NCBI GenBank assembly: GCA_016783675.1
Contig: JADHWE010000002.1
Coordinates: 19,690 to 83,689 of the forward strand
Source: Kiritimatiellia bacterium
GTDB lineage: Bacteria > Verrucomicrobiota > Kiritimatiellia > UBA8416 > JABMPJ01
Length of the DNA: 64,000 nt
Direction of reading: 5' to 3'
A program made the translations under genes and the position numbers. Numbering within the stretch: position 1 is the stretch's first letter; every line of letters starts with the position of its first letter. The notes under the pieces were generated by a model, which saw only the letters and a program-made list of their open reading frames with translations, was not told the origin of the DNA and made no database searches. Shown in pieces: positions 1 to 9,264 of this stretch.

Positions 1-177
1 GGATTCGATTGCCACATCGATACGATGCATGAGGCGCTCGTAGTACTCGATTGAGAAAGCACGACGCGCCTGTTTCAGACGATCATGGGCCGCCGTGGTG
101 AAAACAGCCACCACCAACAGTATGGCGAGAAGAACCAGGGGGATGGCCTGCTGCTTGAGTGAGGGACTACGCATCAT
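1..177 (-). CDS. Partial (runs off window) membrane-anchored protein following pilO; possible PilP-position accessory protein
   Basis: Manual translation from ATG 177: MMRSPSLKQQAIPLVLLAILLVVAVFTTAAHDRLK..., open to base 1; GGGAG RBS upstream; overlaps the pilO stop. Confidence 0.6.
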   Translation of the reverse strand, partial: MMRSPSLKQQAIPLVLLAILLVVAVFTTAAHDRLKQARRAFSIEYYERLMHRIDVAIES

Positions 178-718
178 CACCTCCCTGCAAGGCATCCCGG
201 AAACAGCGGATGTCCAGCTCAGTCTTGTAGGTGACACTGCTCTTGTCGCCCTGGCGCTGCAGTTGCATCAACGCACCATCGATCACCGTGAGGTGTTGCG
301 GGCTCTGCAGTTCATTGAGGAACTGCATCAGCGAGAGAATGTCGCCTTCGCCCTTCAGCTCAATATAGAGAGCGGGCGACGCGCTCTTCAGAGTCTCCAC
401 GCCATCCTTCACGCGCAGAGAGTTGATCGTGAACCGGTGGCGCCGGGCCAGTTCCGTGATCCGCATGCTCACATCCTCGGCCGCCGAGGTGTGCCCATCG
501 CCCATGACGGCAAACCCGCACACGACATCCTTGGCCACGCTCATGCGTTCTTCCACATCGTTCATGATGCCAAGCATCGCTTTACGACGATAGAGCTGGT
601 CTTCGACCGATGTGCAGTAAACATCCAGGGCGTTGTAGACGACGATCACGGTGAGGGCCGGCAAGACAATCCACGCCCAGAACGTTGCCTTTCTTCGCCT
701 GAAAATTCCCAAGTCCAT
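167..718 (-). CDS. pilO: PilO/GspM-like pilus assembly inner-membrane protein
   Basis: N-terminal TM, coiled coil, C-terminal 'IELKGEGDILSLMQFLNELQ' typical of PilO; follows pilM-pilN. Confidence 0.65.
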   Translation of the reverse strand: MDLGIFRRRKATFWAWIVLPALTVIVVYNALDVYCTSVEDQLYRRKAMLGIMNDVEERMSVAKDVVCGFAVMGDGHTSAAEDVSMRITELARRHRFTINSLRVKDGVETLKSASPALYIELKGEGDILSLMQFLNELQSPQHLTVIDGALMQLQRQGDKSSVTYKTELDIRCFRDALQGGDDA

Positions 719-731
719 AAGACCGCTCTCT

Positions 732-1325
732 CTACTTCAGCTCTGCGGAAAACTGCATGACCACGACTGCGCGTCCGTCCGCGCGATCACGGCGCGTTGA
801 AATGGCCCGGATACGCGCCATCCGTGACTGGAGCGTTTCGTCGGCATTCCAGATCGACGTGAGACGGCCGCCGCTGACCTGCCGTTCGGCACTCCCATCG
901 GGAATGACAACACTGAAATTGATTTCGTCTTCCTTGTCATCCAGGCTCAACTTGAGCAAGTCGATACCCATCGGCAGGGGGGCCGTAAGCGCCGAGATGA
1001 TATTGACCAGGCTCACGCGATTACGAATCAGCTTCTCAATAGCCTCGAGGCTCTGTGCGTCCATTTCAAGTCGGCTCTTCGCGCGGCGCGCAAATTCGAG
1101 AATGTCCTCGGCGCGGTGATGGGCCACATGAAATTCCTGCTCTGATGCCTCGATATCCACTCGTAGACGCTTTGCGCGCAAGAGGCGACGGGTACTGCTG
1201 TTGGCCTGCCAAGCCAGGGCTATGATGCAGAGGACCAAGTAGCCGACCACGCCCCAGAAGAGCGCCTTGCGGACGGGCGCCGAAGCTGTCCTATCCTTGA
1301 GCAAGTTTATTTCGAACATCACCAT
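732..1325 (-). CDS. pilN: PilN-like pilus assembly protein
   Basis: N-terminal 'EINLL' PilM-binding motif followed by TM and coiled coil; directly after pilM. Confidence 0.75.
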   Translation of the reverse strand: MVMFEINLLKDRTASAPVRKALFWGVVGYLVLCIIALAWQANSSTRRLLRAKRLRVDIEASEQEFHVAHHRAEDILEFARRAKSRLEMDAQSLEAIEKLIRNRVSLVNIISALTAPLPMGIDLLKLSLDDKEDEINFSVVIPDGSAERQVSGGRLTSIWNADETLQSRMARIRAISTRRDRADGRAVVVMQFSAELK

Positions 1326-1333
1326 GGCCAGCC

Positions 1334-2263
1334 TTATCTTCGCATCGCTACGCCAATCGCAGCCGTCAGCGCCCGCCCGTGCTCTGGGCGATTATCCAGC
1401 ATGCGACGCACCCGCGAACTAGTGACAGGCATATCCTGACAGGGGTCCCAGATCGACACAGGCAGACCGACGCGCCGTTGGACGTTTTCACAGAGCCTCT
1501 CCATGTCGGGTGCCTGTCCCGTGATAACGAGGTCGCTTACCGGATCGCGCCGCAACTTGAACTCGTAGTACTTCAGCACATCCGTCAGGCTGTCGGCCAG
1601 ATGGCGGTCGCGCGCTTCACTATCCCCCACATCCATGATGCAGCGGGGATACATGGCGTTACCGTCGAACAGGATGGCAAGATCGGCTGTTCGGCCGGCC
1701 AGGTTTACGAGGCAGACAGCATGTTCTTTGCATTCGTCTCCTCGCAGACCCATGTAGACATTGCCGAGAGCGGTGCAACCCACGTCGACAACAACCGGTA
1801 CGAGGCCTGCTGCTTCCAGGATCGACCGGTGCCGAAAAAGCTCCTGCTGCGGCACCGCCACCAGGATGCCCTCTCTGCCCCGGCTGTCCCCGGCCGTAGC
1901 TTCGACCACATCCTCGTGCCAATCCATCGCGATCTCGCCTGGATCGAGTTGCAGCACCTCCTCGGCCTCCAAGCTGAGGGCCGAGGCCAATTCGTCGTCG
2001 TTCAGGGACGGAAAACGGAAGTGCCTGACAATCAAGGCAGGACTGCGCAGACACGACGTAACGGTGAAACAAGAAAGGTGGGTATCCTTCCAGAGATCAC
2101 GTAGCGCTGCAGCCACTCCCTGGGCGTCAAGGCCGGGTGACAAGGGCGCCCACCCGGCATTTTTCAGGTACAGTCTGTTTGCGCCTCTGACTTCCACCTG
2201 GGCCATAGAGACCTGGTCGGCCCCTATGTCCAAGCCCACAACTGTCTCCCTGGTGAACATCAT
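1334..2263 (-). CDS. pilM: Type IV pilus assembly protein PilM (actin-like)
   Basis: 'VVGLDIGADQV', 'AAGLVPVVVDV', 'LVITG', 'AAIGVAMR' PilM motifs. Confidence 0.85.
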   Translation of the reverse strand: MMFTRETVVGLDIGADQVSMAQVEVRGANRLYLKNAGWAPLSPGLDAQGVAAALRDLWKDTHLSCFTVTSCLRSPALIVRHFRFPSLNDDELASALSLEAEEVLQLDPGEIAMDWHEDVVEATAGDSRGREGILVAVPQQELFRHRSILEAAGLVPVVVDVGCTALGNVYMGLRGDECKEHAVCLVNLAGRTADLAILFDGNAMYPRCIMDVGDSEARDRHLADSLTDVLKYYEFKLRRDPVSDLVITGQAPDMERLCENVQRRVGLPVSIWDPCQDMPVTSSRVRRMLDNRPEHGRALTAAIGVAMRR

Positions 2264-2347
2264 GTCACCCGGATCTTTCCGGCACCGTTACAGGTGCTCA
2301 CTGCGCACCATCGTCACCCCACGAGCAGGGAACGGTCTCATCTGAGA

Positions 2348-2770
2348 TCACGGACTATATTCAAAGTCCCGGGTCCAATCCCCATCCTGGTTCAGCGTGA
2401 TCTGGACAGCAGCAACATCCGCTTTCGATCCAGTCGCCGTCAGGGTGTACGTTTGCGATTGAAGGGACATCTCGTAATCGCCATCTAAGAAATACTTCCC
2501 GTTCAGGTCGCCTGTAGATAGCCCAGGCAGATCGATCGGGTCGTCCGACGTGATCGGGTCCCCATCGAGGTCAACATTGTAGTGACCTGTTTCGGCATAC
2601 ATCCCACGCAACACCGTGCGAATGGTACCCAGGCCAGCTTCCGCCTCTGTGGCCATCGCACGTGTCTTGTTGGCGCTCATCAGCGGAATGGCTACCGCTG
2701 CCAGGATAGCGACGATAACCGCCACCACCATCAGTTCCACCAGCGTGAAACCTTCGCGTTTACGTTTCAT
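2348..2770 (-). CDS. pilA: Type IVa major pilin
   Basis: Short leader MKRKREG|FTLVELMVVAVIVAILAAVAIP class III signal; strong AAGGAG RBS. Confidence 0.88.
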   Translation of the reverse strand: MKRKREGFTLVELMVVAVIVAILAAVAIPLMSANKTRAMATEAEAGLGTIRTVLRGMYAETGHYNVDLDGDPITSDDPIDLPGLSTGDLNGKYFLDGDYEMSLQSQTYTLTATGSKADVAAVQITLNQDGDWTRDFEYSP

Positions 2771-2844
2771 TGTGTGTCTCCTTTTGGGTTAGTTTGTTCC
2801 AATCACCGACACCCAACCGATGACCGCTGTCCTACCGTCCTCTC

Positions 2845-2906
2845 ACCATGAAGCACATGAAACTCATGAAGACCTTTTCTTTCATGTTCTTCATGCGCTT
2901 CATGGT
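2845..2906. repeat. Intergenic palindrome built from 9-bp units (catgaagca-like)
   Basis: accatgaagcacatgaaactcatgaa ... ttcatgttcttcatgcgcttcatggt. Confidence 0.8.
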
Positions 2907-2914
2907 AAAGCTCT

Positions 2915-4144
2915 CTATCCACCGTGTGCCGCTGCTGAGAACACGGGCAAGTATACCGCCATAACCAGTATCAGCACAACAATTCCGAACAGGCAAATTA
3001 TGATCGGCTCGAAGAGCGATGTTGCCACCATAACCGCCGCTTCGACCTGTTCTTCGTAAACCACCGAGATACGCTCCAGCACCTCGGGCAGGCGCCCGGA
3101 CGACTCGCCCACGCTCACCATGCGGACCACCAGGCGCGGCAGCCTGACGTCGCGCTCCAGGCTCTCGGAGATTCCGGCGCCCTCAATGATTCGATCGCGA
3201 GCGTCCAACAGCGACTTCTCCATGATCCGGTTGCCGCAGGTCGCCGCAGCCATCTCCATGGCCGTGGCCACCGGCACGCCACCGCGTATCATGGTGGAGA
3301 AATTCTGGCAGAAACGCGCCACGGAGAACTTCATGATACAGGGGCCAAAGTAGGGCAGTTTCAGTTTGAGCGCATCAAACATGTACTGGCCCGCCGTGGT
3401 ACGACTCCAGATGTACAGCCCGACAATCGCTATGCCGATGCCCCCGCCGATCAACAGTGCATTGTCGATGAGAAACTGGTTGAGGCCGAAAACCATTCGC
3501 GTGATGCGCGGCAGTTCGGAATCATAGCCGCTGAAGATCTCCTGGAATTTGGGCAAGACGAAGAGCGTCATGATCACGCAGACGACGCAGAAGAATACCG
3601 CTACAAAGATCGGGTAAGCCGTGATGCTGCGGATCTTGGTCTGCAGGCGCTGGGTACGCTCCTCCGCCACGGCAAGTTGCTCAAGCGTTTGTGGCAGACT
3701 GCCCGATTCCTCGGCCGCTCGAATCAAGGCCACGAAGAGCGTGTTGAACGTGTTGGGATGCTGTGCAAGCGCATCGGAAAAAGACACACCGGAATGTAAC
3801 TGGTCGACAATCTGCTCAAGCACCCGCTTGAACCCTGGCTTGTCCAGGTCCTCAGTGATGGACTCGAGTGATTCACGCAGCGGCACGCCCGCATTGACCG
3901 AGATGGCCAACTGGCGACAGAAAAGGGCGCGGTCGGCAGTCGAGATGGCGCCGCCCCAGCGTGTGAAGCTCCCCCGCTTACGGGTATGGGCGCGCTTCCG
4001 TCCCCGGCCGGTCTCTTCGACCGAAAGCGGGATCAACCCGCGGGAACGAAGCTGTCCGAGCGCTGCGTGACGAGAATCCGCACGCAGTGTCGCGCGTACC
4101 ATCTCGCCATCGTCCTGCTTGGCGGTGTAGGTAAAGGTTGCCAT
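2915..4144 (-). CDS. pilC: PilC/GspF family platform protein
   Basis: 'MATFTYTAK', 'ALIRAAEESGSL', 'VRMVSVGESSGRL', 'LFEPIII...YLPVF' two-domain GspF signature. Confidence 0.92.
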   Translation of the reverse strand: MATFTYTAKQDDGEMVRATLRADSRHAALGQLRSRGLIPLSVEETGRGRKRAHTRKRGSFTRWGGAISTADRALFCRQLAISVNAGVPLRESLESITEDLDKPGFKRVLEQIVDQLHSGVSFSDALAQHPNTFNTLFVALIRAAEESGSLPQTLEQLAVAEERTQRLQTKIRSITAYPIFVAVFFCVVCVIMTLFVLPKFQEIFSGYDSELPRITRMVFGLNQFLIDNALLIGGGIGIAIVGLYIWSRTTAGQYMFDALKLKLPYFGPCIMKFSVARFCQNFSTMIRGGVPVATAMEMAAATCGNRIMEKSLLDARDRIIEGAGISESLERDVRLPRLVVRMVSVGESSGRLPEVLERISVVYEEQVEAAVMVATSLFEPIIICLFGIVVLILVMAVYLPVFSAAAHGG

Positions 4145-4145
4145 A

Positions 4146-5876
4146 TCAGACCTCCGCCCCGTAGTTGTCCATACCGAGCGGGCAAACGCCCAGGAGCTCC
4201 GTCACGGTTGTTTCGCCGCGCTCGACCTTGTGCAAGCCGTTCGTAAGCAGCGGTTCCATGCCCAGCCTTTGTGCGCCCTGCCGTAGTTCGACCTCGCCCA
4301 CGCTGTCAACGATCATCTGGCGCACTTCATCTTCCACTTCAAGATACTCAAAAACACCGGTCCGCCCTTTGAACCCCCGGCGATTGCACTTGGCACATCC
4401 GACGCCCTTATAGAAGGTCCACTGGTCGACTTCGGCCCGGTGCGGGCGCAGCAAGCTCAACAGGTCCTCATCCAGCTCGGTCTCGGCCTTGCACTCAGGG
4501 CAGAGCACGCGCACGAGGCGCTGGGAGAGGACGAGCTTCATGGTGGCGGCAATCAGGTAGGGCTCAATTCCGATGTCACGCAGGCGCCAGAACGCTGACG
4601 GCGAGTCGTTCGTATGTAGCGTGCTGAGCACTAGGTGACCGGTGAGGGAGGCGCGCATGGCAATCCGGGCCGTCTCAACGTCACGGATCTCACCGATCAT
4701 AATGATGTCGGGATCCTGGCGCAGGATCGAGCGCAGGGCATTGGCGAAGGTCAGGTCGATCTGGGCGTGAACCTGCATCTGGTTGATCTGGCGAAGCTGG
4801 TACTCGACCGGGTCCTCAACGGTCTGGATGTTCTTCTCAGGGCTGCGAAGGAAGCTGAGGGCACTGTAGAGCGTGGTGGTCTTCCCGCTGCCCGTGGGAC
4901 CGGTCAGCAGGACAATGCCGTTCGGAAGCTTGAGCACACGGCGAAAGTTGTCGAGCATGGATCGGCCGAACCCGATCTCCGTCATATCGACACGCAACGA
5001 GTCGCGGTCGAGGATGCGGAGCACCAGCTTCTCGCCGTGGATTTCGGGCAGCGACGAGACGCGTACGTCGATCACGCGTTTGTAGGCCGAGAACTTGAAG
5101 CGGCCATCGAGCGGCAGGCGGTGCTCCGCGATGTCCATACCCGAGAGGATCTTCACGCGTGTCACGACGGCCGGGTAGAGGCTCTTGGAAGGAGGGGTCA
5201 CCTCCTGGAGCACACCATCGACACGCAGGCGCACCGAGACTTCCCGCTCGCCCGGTTCGAAGTGAATGTCACTGGCGCCATCGCGCACGGCCTGCATCAG
5301 GATGAGGTTAACAAAACGGACGACGGGGGCATCATTGGCCTCGATACGGAGCTGGTCGGCGTCGCGCCCCTCTTCACCGTCCAGTGACGTGGTCTCGGCA
5401 TCCAGGTCGGCGATATCCTTGAGGTCGTGCTCCAGGTAGGCGTCGGCCCGGTAGAACTTATCGATCGCGGTGAGAATGCGATCTTCGGTGCTGACCGCCT
5501 TGATAACTTCCAGCCCGGTCTGCGAGCGCACGGTGTCGAGCGCCTCGATATCAAGCGGGTCGCGCATGACCACCGTCACCGCCGAGGCCGACTCCTTCTT
5601 GAGCGGCACGAGGCAAAAACGGCGCGCCACGGATTCGGGAACGAGATGGACCTCGTCCGGGCGCAGATCGTAGGCCTCGCCCAGCTCGATGAAAGGGATG
5701 TCGAGCTGCACGGCCAGGGCACGCGCAATGTCCGTCGGGGAGGCATACCCGAGTTCCAGAAGCACGTCGCCGAGGAACTTGTTGGTTCCCCGTTGCTGCT
5801 CCAGCGCGTGATCCAGCTCCGCATCGGTGATGGCACCACTGTTTCGGAGGATATCGCCTAGTTTAAGTGTGCTCAT
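4146..5876 (-). CDS. pilB: PilB/GspE extension ATPase
   Basis: Walker A GPTGSGKTT, 'LRQDPDIIMIGEIRD', 'GHLVLSTLHTND', CPEC..CAKC zinc motif, N-terminal 'KLGDIL' MshEN-like start. Confidence 0.93.
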   Translation of the reverse strand: MSTLKLGDILRNSGAITDAELDHALEQQRGTNKFLGDVLLELGYASPTDIARALAVQLDIPFIELGEAYDLRPDEVHLVPESVARRFCLVPLKKESASAVTVVMRDPLDIEALDTVRSQTGLEVIKAVSTEDRILTAIDKFYRADAYLEHDLKDIADLDAETTSLDGEEGRDADQLRIEANDAPVVRFVNLILMQAVRDGASDIHFEPGEREVSVRLRVDGVLQEVTPPSKSLYPAVVTRVKILSGMDIAEHRLPLDGRFKFSAYKRVIDVRVSSLPEIHGEKLVLRILDRDSLRVDMTEIGFGRSMLDNFRRVLKLPNGIVLLTGPTGSGKTTTLYSALSFLRSPEKNIQTVEDPVEYQLRQINQMQVHAQIDLTFANALRSILRQDPDIIMIGEIRDVETARIAMRASLTGHLVLSTLHTNDSPSAFWRLRDIGIEPYLIAATMKLVLSQRLVRVLCPECKAETELDEDLLSLLRPHRAEVDQWTFYKGVGCAKCNRRGFKGRTGVFEYLEVEDEVRQMIVDSVGEVELRQGAQRLGMEPLLTNGLHKVERGETTVTELLGVCPLGMDNYGAEV

Positions 5877-5884
5877 TAAGACTT

Positions 5885-5946
5885 ACATGGATGGACAGGA
5901 TGGACAGGACAGGGGAGGACATCCCCTCTATCCTGTGCATCCATGT
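5885..5946. repeat. Intergenic palindrome of 9-bp ggatggaca units
   Basis: acatggatggacaggatggacagga ... tcctgtgcatccatgt; related copies at 55175-55240 and 49568-49684. Confidence 0.8.
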
Positions 5947-5970
5947 TAATTCGTCCCTGGCCCAACTCCA

Positions 5971-7932
5971 TCATTCGCCTACAGAGGGGAAGCGTTTGAT
6001 CACCGACTCCCGTTCAGCGTCGTCTTCCGCCGTCGGCAGTTTCCGGGCTTCACCCGATTCCTCGCGGTTCAACTTCTCGGCAATCTCGGCGCGGGCGGCT
6101 TCGAGGGCGGCCCGTTCGCGCGCGCGTTGGTCCGCCTTGGCCTTGTCGATAGCGCGGTCCCGCGCTTCTGCTTCTTCACGCTCACGCTGTTCGGCGGCTT
6201 CGCGGCGGGCCTCGGCTGCAGCGCGATCCTGCTCAAACAGCTCCCGGCGCAGCTCTTCCTGGCGGGCTTCTTCCGCCATACGCTCGGACTTCTCACGTGC
6301 GCGCGACTCGGTGAGCTCACGGGCCGCCTTCTCCATTTCGACGATGTGTGCAGTGGTGGCTTCGCGCATCACGCCTTCGTCCACCATGTCGCTCTCCGAA
6401 TCGATAATCGTGGCTGTCAGGAATATGAGCAGGTCCATCTTGCGATTATCAATCGCCTCGCGCCGGAACAGGCGCCCTATAAGAGGAATAGCACCCAGGA
6501 ACGGCACGCTCAGCGTCGTTTTGCTCTCCTGGTCTTCGAGCAGGCCGCCGATCACAATCGTCTCCCCGCTCTGCACAAGGATGTGTGTCTCCGCCTCGCG
6601 CGTGGAAAGGATAGGATACTCGGTCAGGGAGATATTGCCCTGCTCGCCGGTCTTGCCCGACGTCGTCGAGATCAGGGTGCGGACCTTCGGGTTGACGACC
6701 ATGCGAACCGAGTTGTTGTCGCAGATCTGCGGGATCACGTTAAGCTGAATACCGATATTCTCGTAATAGTCCAGCGAGGTGGAGATAGAGCCGGAAGATG
6801 AGCCCGAGGCGCTTGTTTGCGACTCAATAATCGGATACTTGGTGCCGACCATGATGGTGGCTTCCTGATCGTTGAGCGTCATCACCCGCGGCGAGGACAG
6901 GAGATTGGCCCGTACATCCTCTTCCATCATGTGAAGCAGTGCCTCGAACTGGAGGTCGCTGAGCTGCTGGAACAGCAGCGAAAGTCCTGCCTAGTAGGGA
7001 GCCGTGCCGCCCAGCTCGGACACGGGTTTGAACGAAGCCGGCTTGACCCCCCCGCCGGACTGGCGAACGCCAATCCCAACCAGGTTGCCGTTGCCTTCCA
7101 GGTTCACCGGTTGTGCCGCCGTCACCTGGGTCGCGTTCGGGCCCGTTCCGAACTCCACACCGATGTCCTGCAGGAAGTCGGACGACACCTCGACGAAGCG
7201 CGCCTCGATCAGGATCTGGGTCGGCCTCTCATCCACTTCGTCCAACATGGCCCCGATCTTCTCCAGCACGGCACTCGTGTCGACCACGACGAGGGTCTTG
7301 CTCCGCAGCTTGACATCTTTGAGAACCTGTTCGTTCTCGACCTCGGCACGTTGACGACGGTCCAGGGCACCGCCGGATCCGCGGCTTCCCCTGCGGCTGG
7401 TATCCTCGTAGGCCCATCCGCGTTGACCGCGGATGGTCAGTGCGCTCCAGTTACCACGCGAGGTCAACTGGGCTTCGATCATGTCTTTGACTGCCGCGGC
7501 GTCCAGGTATTTCAGGTGGAAAACGCGCGAGGAGAGCGGCTCCTGCTGCTCAACTGTCTGGAACTTGTCCAACGAGTTGACGACGATCGCCTCGCCGACC
7601 TGCTGGTAGCCGTAGCCGTAGGGCTTCAGGATGACATCCAGCGCATCCTGCCAGGGCACATCGGTCAGGTGGACGTTAACCGTTGCCTCGACATCCGGCC
7701 CGATGACAATGCTCTTGCCGGTTTGCCGCGAGAAGGCACTGAGCACCTGTACCAGGTTTCCGCCCTGGACATTGATGCTCACTCTATCGGCGTAGACCTC
7801 CTCGGTCATCTCGGCCTCGGGTTCCATGTCCTGGGCTGCGGCCGGGAACATTCCCGCGCCAAGGAGTATCGCCACTGCCAGACCTGCCACTACCCAACTG
7901 TCAGACTTGCCCATCACTAACCTGCCTTTCAT
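5971..7932 (-). pseudogene. pilQ: PilQ-like secretin interrupted by a single in-frame TAG (6991-6993)
   Basis: ORFs 6991..7932 (N0 'VPWQDALDVIL', 'QILIEARFVEV') and 5971..6930 ('SSPRVMTLNDQEA', 'VPFLGAIPLIGRLF') are in the same frame; the 20 codons between them are open (...GTAPY*AGLSLLFQQLSDLQFEALLHMMEE...). Confidence 0.8.
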
Positions 7933-9008
7933 TTCCTGCGAGGTTTAGCAGTCAACAACCGAACCAACTCTTTCGGGCGCGGCGATCGGCGCAGCGCCTT
8001 CTCCTCTGTAATCAATCCCTCGTGGAACAGCCGGGAGAGGGAATCGTTCATAGTCATCATACCCTCTGAAGCCCCGGTTTCAATGACCGAGTATATCTGC
8101 TGGATCTGCATCTCGCGGATCTGGTTGCGGATGGCGTTGTTAACGCTCATCACTTCGCATGCCAGTACGCGACGTGTCTTGTCGCTGGTCATCAGGAGTT
8201 GCTGGGAGATGATGCCGACCAGCACCATGGAGAGTTGCACGTAAACCTGTTGCTGCTGATCGGGCGGAAACACGTCGACAATACGGTTGATGGCATGGGT
8301 CGTATCCTGCGTATGCAGCGTGGCGAGAATCAGATGACCTGTCTCGGCCAACGTCAGGGCCAACTGCATCGTCTCAAGGTCGCGCATCTCACCCACCATG
8401 ATCACGTCGGGACTCTGACGGAACACACTGCGCAAGGCGCCGGAGAAGGTATGCGCGTCGGCCCGCAGTTCGCGCTGGGCGATCACACTCTGGCGGTGCT
8501 GGTGCAGGTACTCGATGGGGTCCTCGATGCAGACAACGTGCACGTGGCGCGTGTCGTTGATGAAATCGATCATGGACGCCATCGTCGTGGACTTTCCGCT
8601 TCCGGCCGGTCCGGTAATCAGCACGAGCCCATGCGGGCGCGAGGCAAAGTCGCGCACGATCAGTGGCAGACCTAGCGTTTCGAACGCGGGAATCTCGTAA
8701 GGGATCATCCGGATGGCCATGGCCACGGAGTTGCGTTGGTAGAAGACGTTGACGCGGAAGCGGGAGACCCCTTCGATGCCGTGGGCAATGTCGATGCTGC
8801 GGTCCGCTTCGAATTTCTCCCGGTCCGGCTTGCTCAGCAGGGACTCAGCCAGGGCACGGGTATCGTCGCCTTTTAAGGGGGTGGTTCCGAAAGGCACGAG
8901 GACACCGTTGACACGGTATTGCGGCATCGTCCCCGCCGTGATCAGAAGATCGGATGCCTGCTGGCGAGCCATTTCGCCCAGAAGCTGATCTATGGAGAAC
9001 TTACTCAC
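7929..9008 (-). CDS. pilT: PilT retraction ATPase
   Basis: GPAGSGKST, 'GEMRDLET', 'AETGHL..TLHT', 'AIRNQIRE' (AIRNLIRE motif); probable GTG start 9008 after GAAGGGG. Confidence 0.9.
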   Translation of the reverse strand: MSKFSIDQLLGEMARQQASDLLITAGTMPQYRVNGVLVPFGTTPLKGDDTRALAESLLSKPDREKFEADRSIDIAHGIEGVSRFRVNVFYQRNSVAMAIRMIPYEIPAFETLGLPLIVRDFASRPHGLVLITGPAGSGKSTTMASMIDFINDTRHVHVVCIEDPIEYLHQHRQSVIAQRELRADAHTFSGALRSVFRQSPDVIMVGEMRDLETMQLALTLAETGHLILATLHTQDTTHAINRIVDVFPPDQQQQVYVQLSMVLVGIISQQLLMTSDKTRRVLACEVMSVNNAIRNQIREMQIQQIYSVIETGASEGMMTMNDSLSRLFHEGLITEEKALRRSPRPKELVRLLTAKPRRK

Positions 9009-9264
9009 GCTTGCCCCTTCGCATTTGATCGACAGCCGACTCATCCCGCAAACGAACTGCATCGAGACAACAGTCGCTTGCTTAGTGGCATTCTAGTTTC
9101 TGATGGTGGGTACGCAAGGGGATTATGAACAGAATCCAGAATTAAATCACTCACAGCTCTGCACGCGTTCCTATTGAGCGCCTATTCCCTTGTCTTGCAG
9201 TGGATCGCAAGGCTAGACTCGCAGACGCTTGTATTGCATCAATAATGAACGGGAGGTCCTTCCT

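Noticed and set aside
6991..6993. Genome-wide TAG reassignment or pyrrolysine
   Set aside because: Many intact genes in the window end at TAG at their expected C-termini, and no pyl genes are visible
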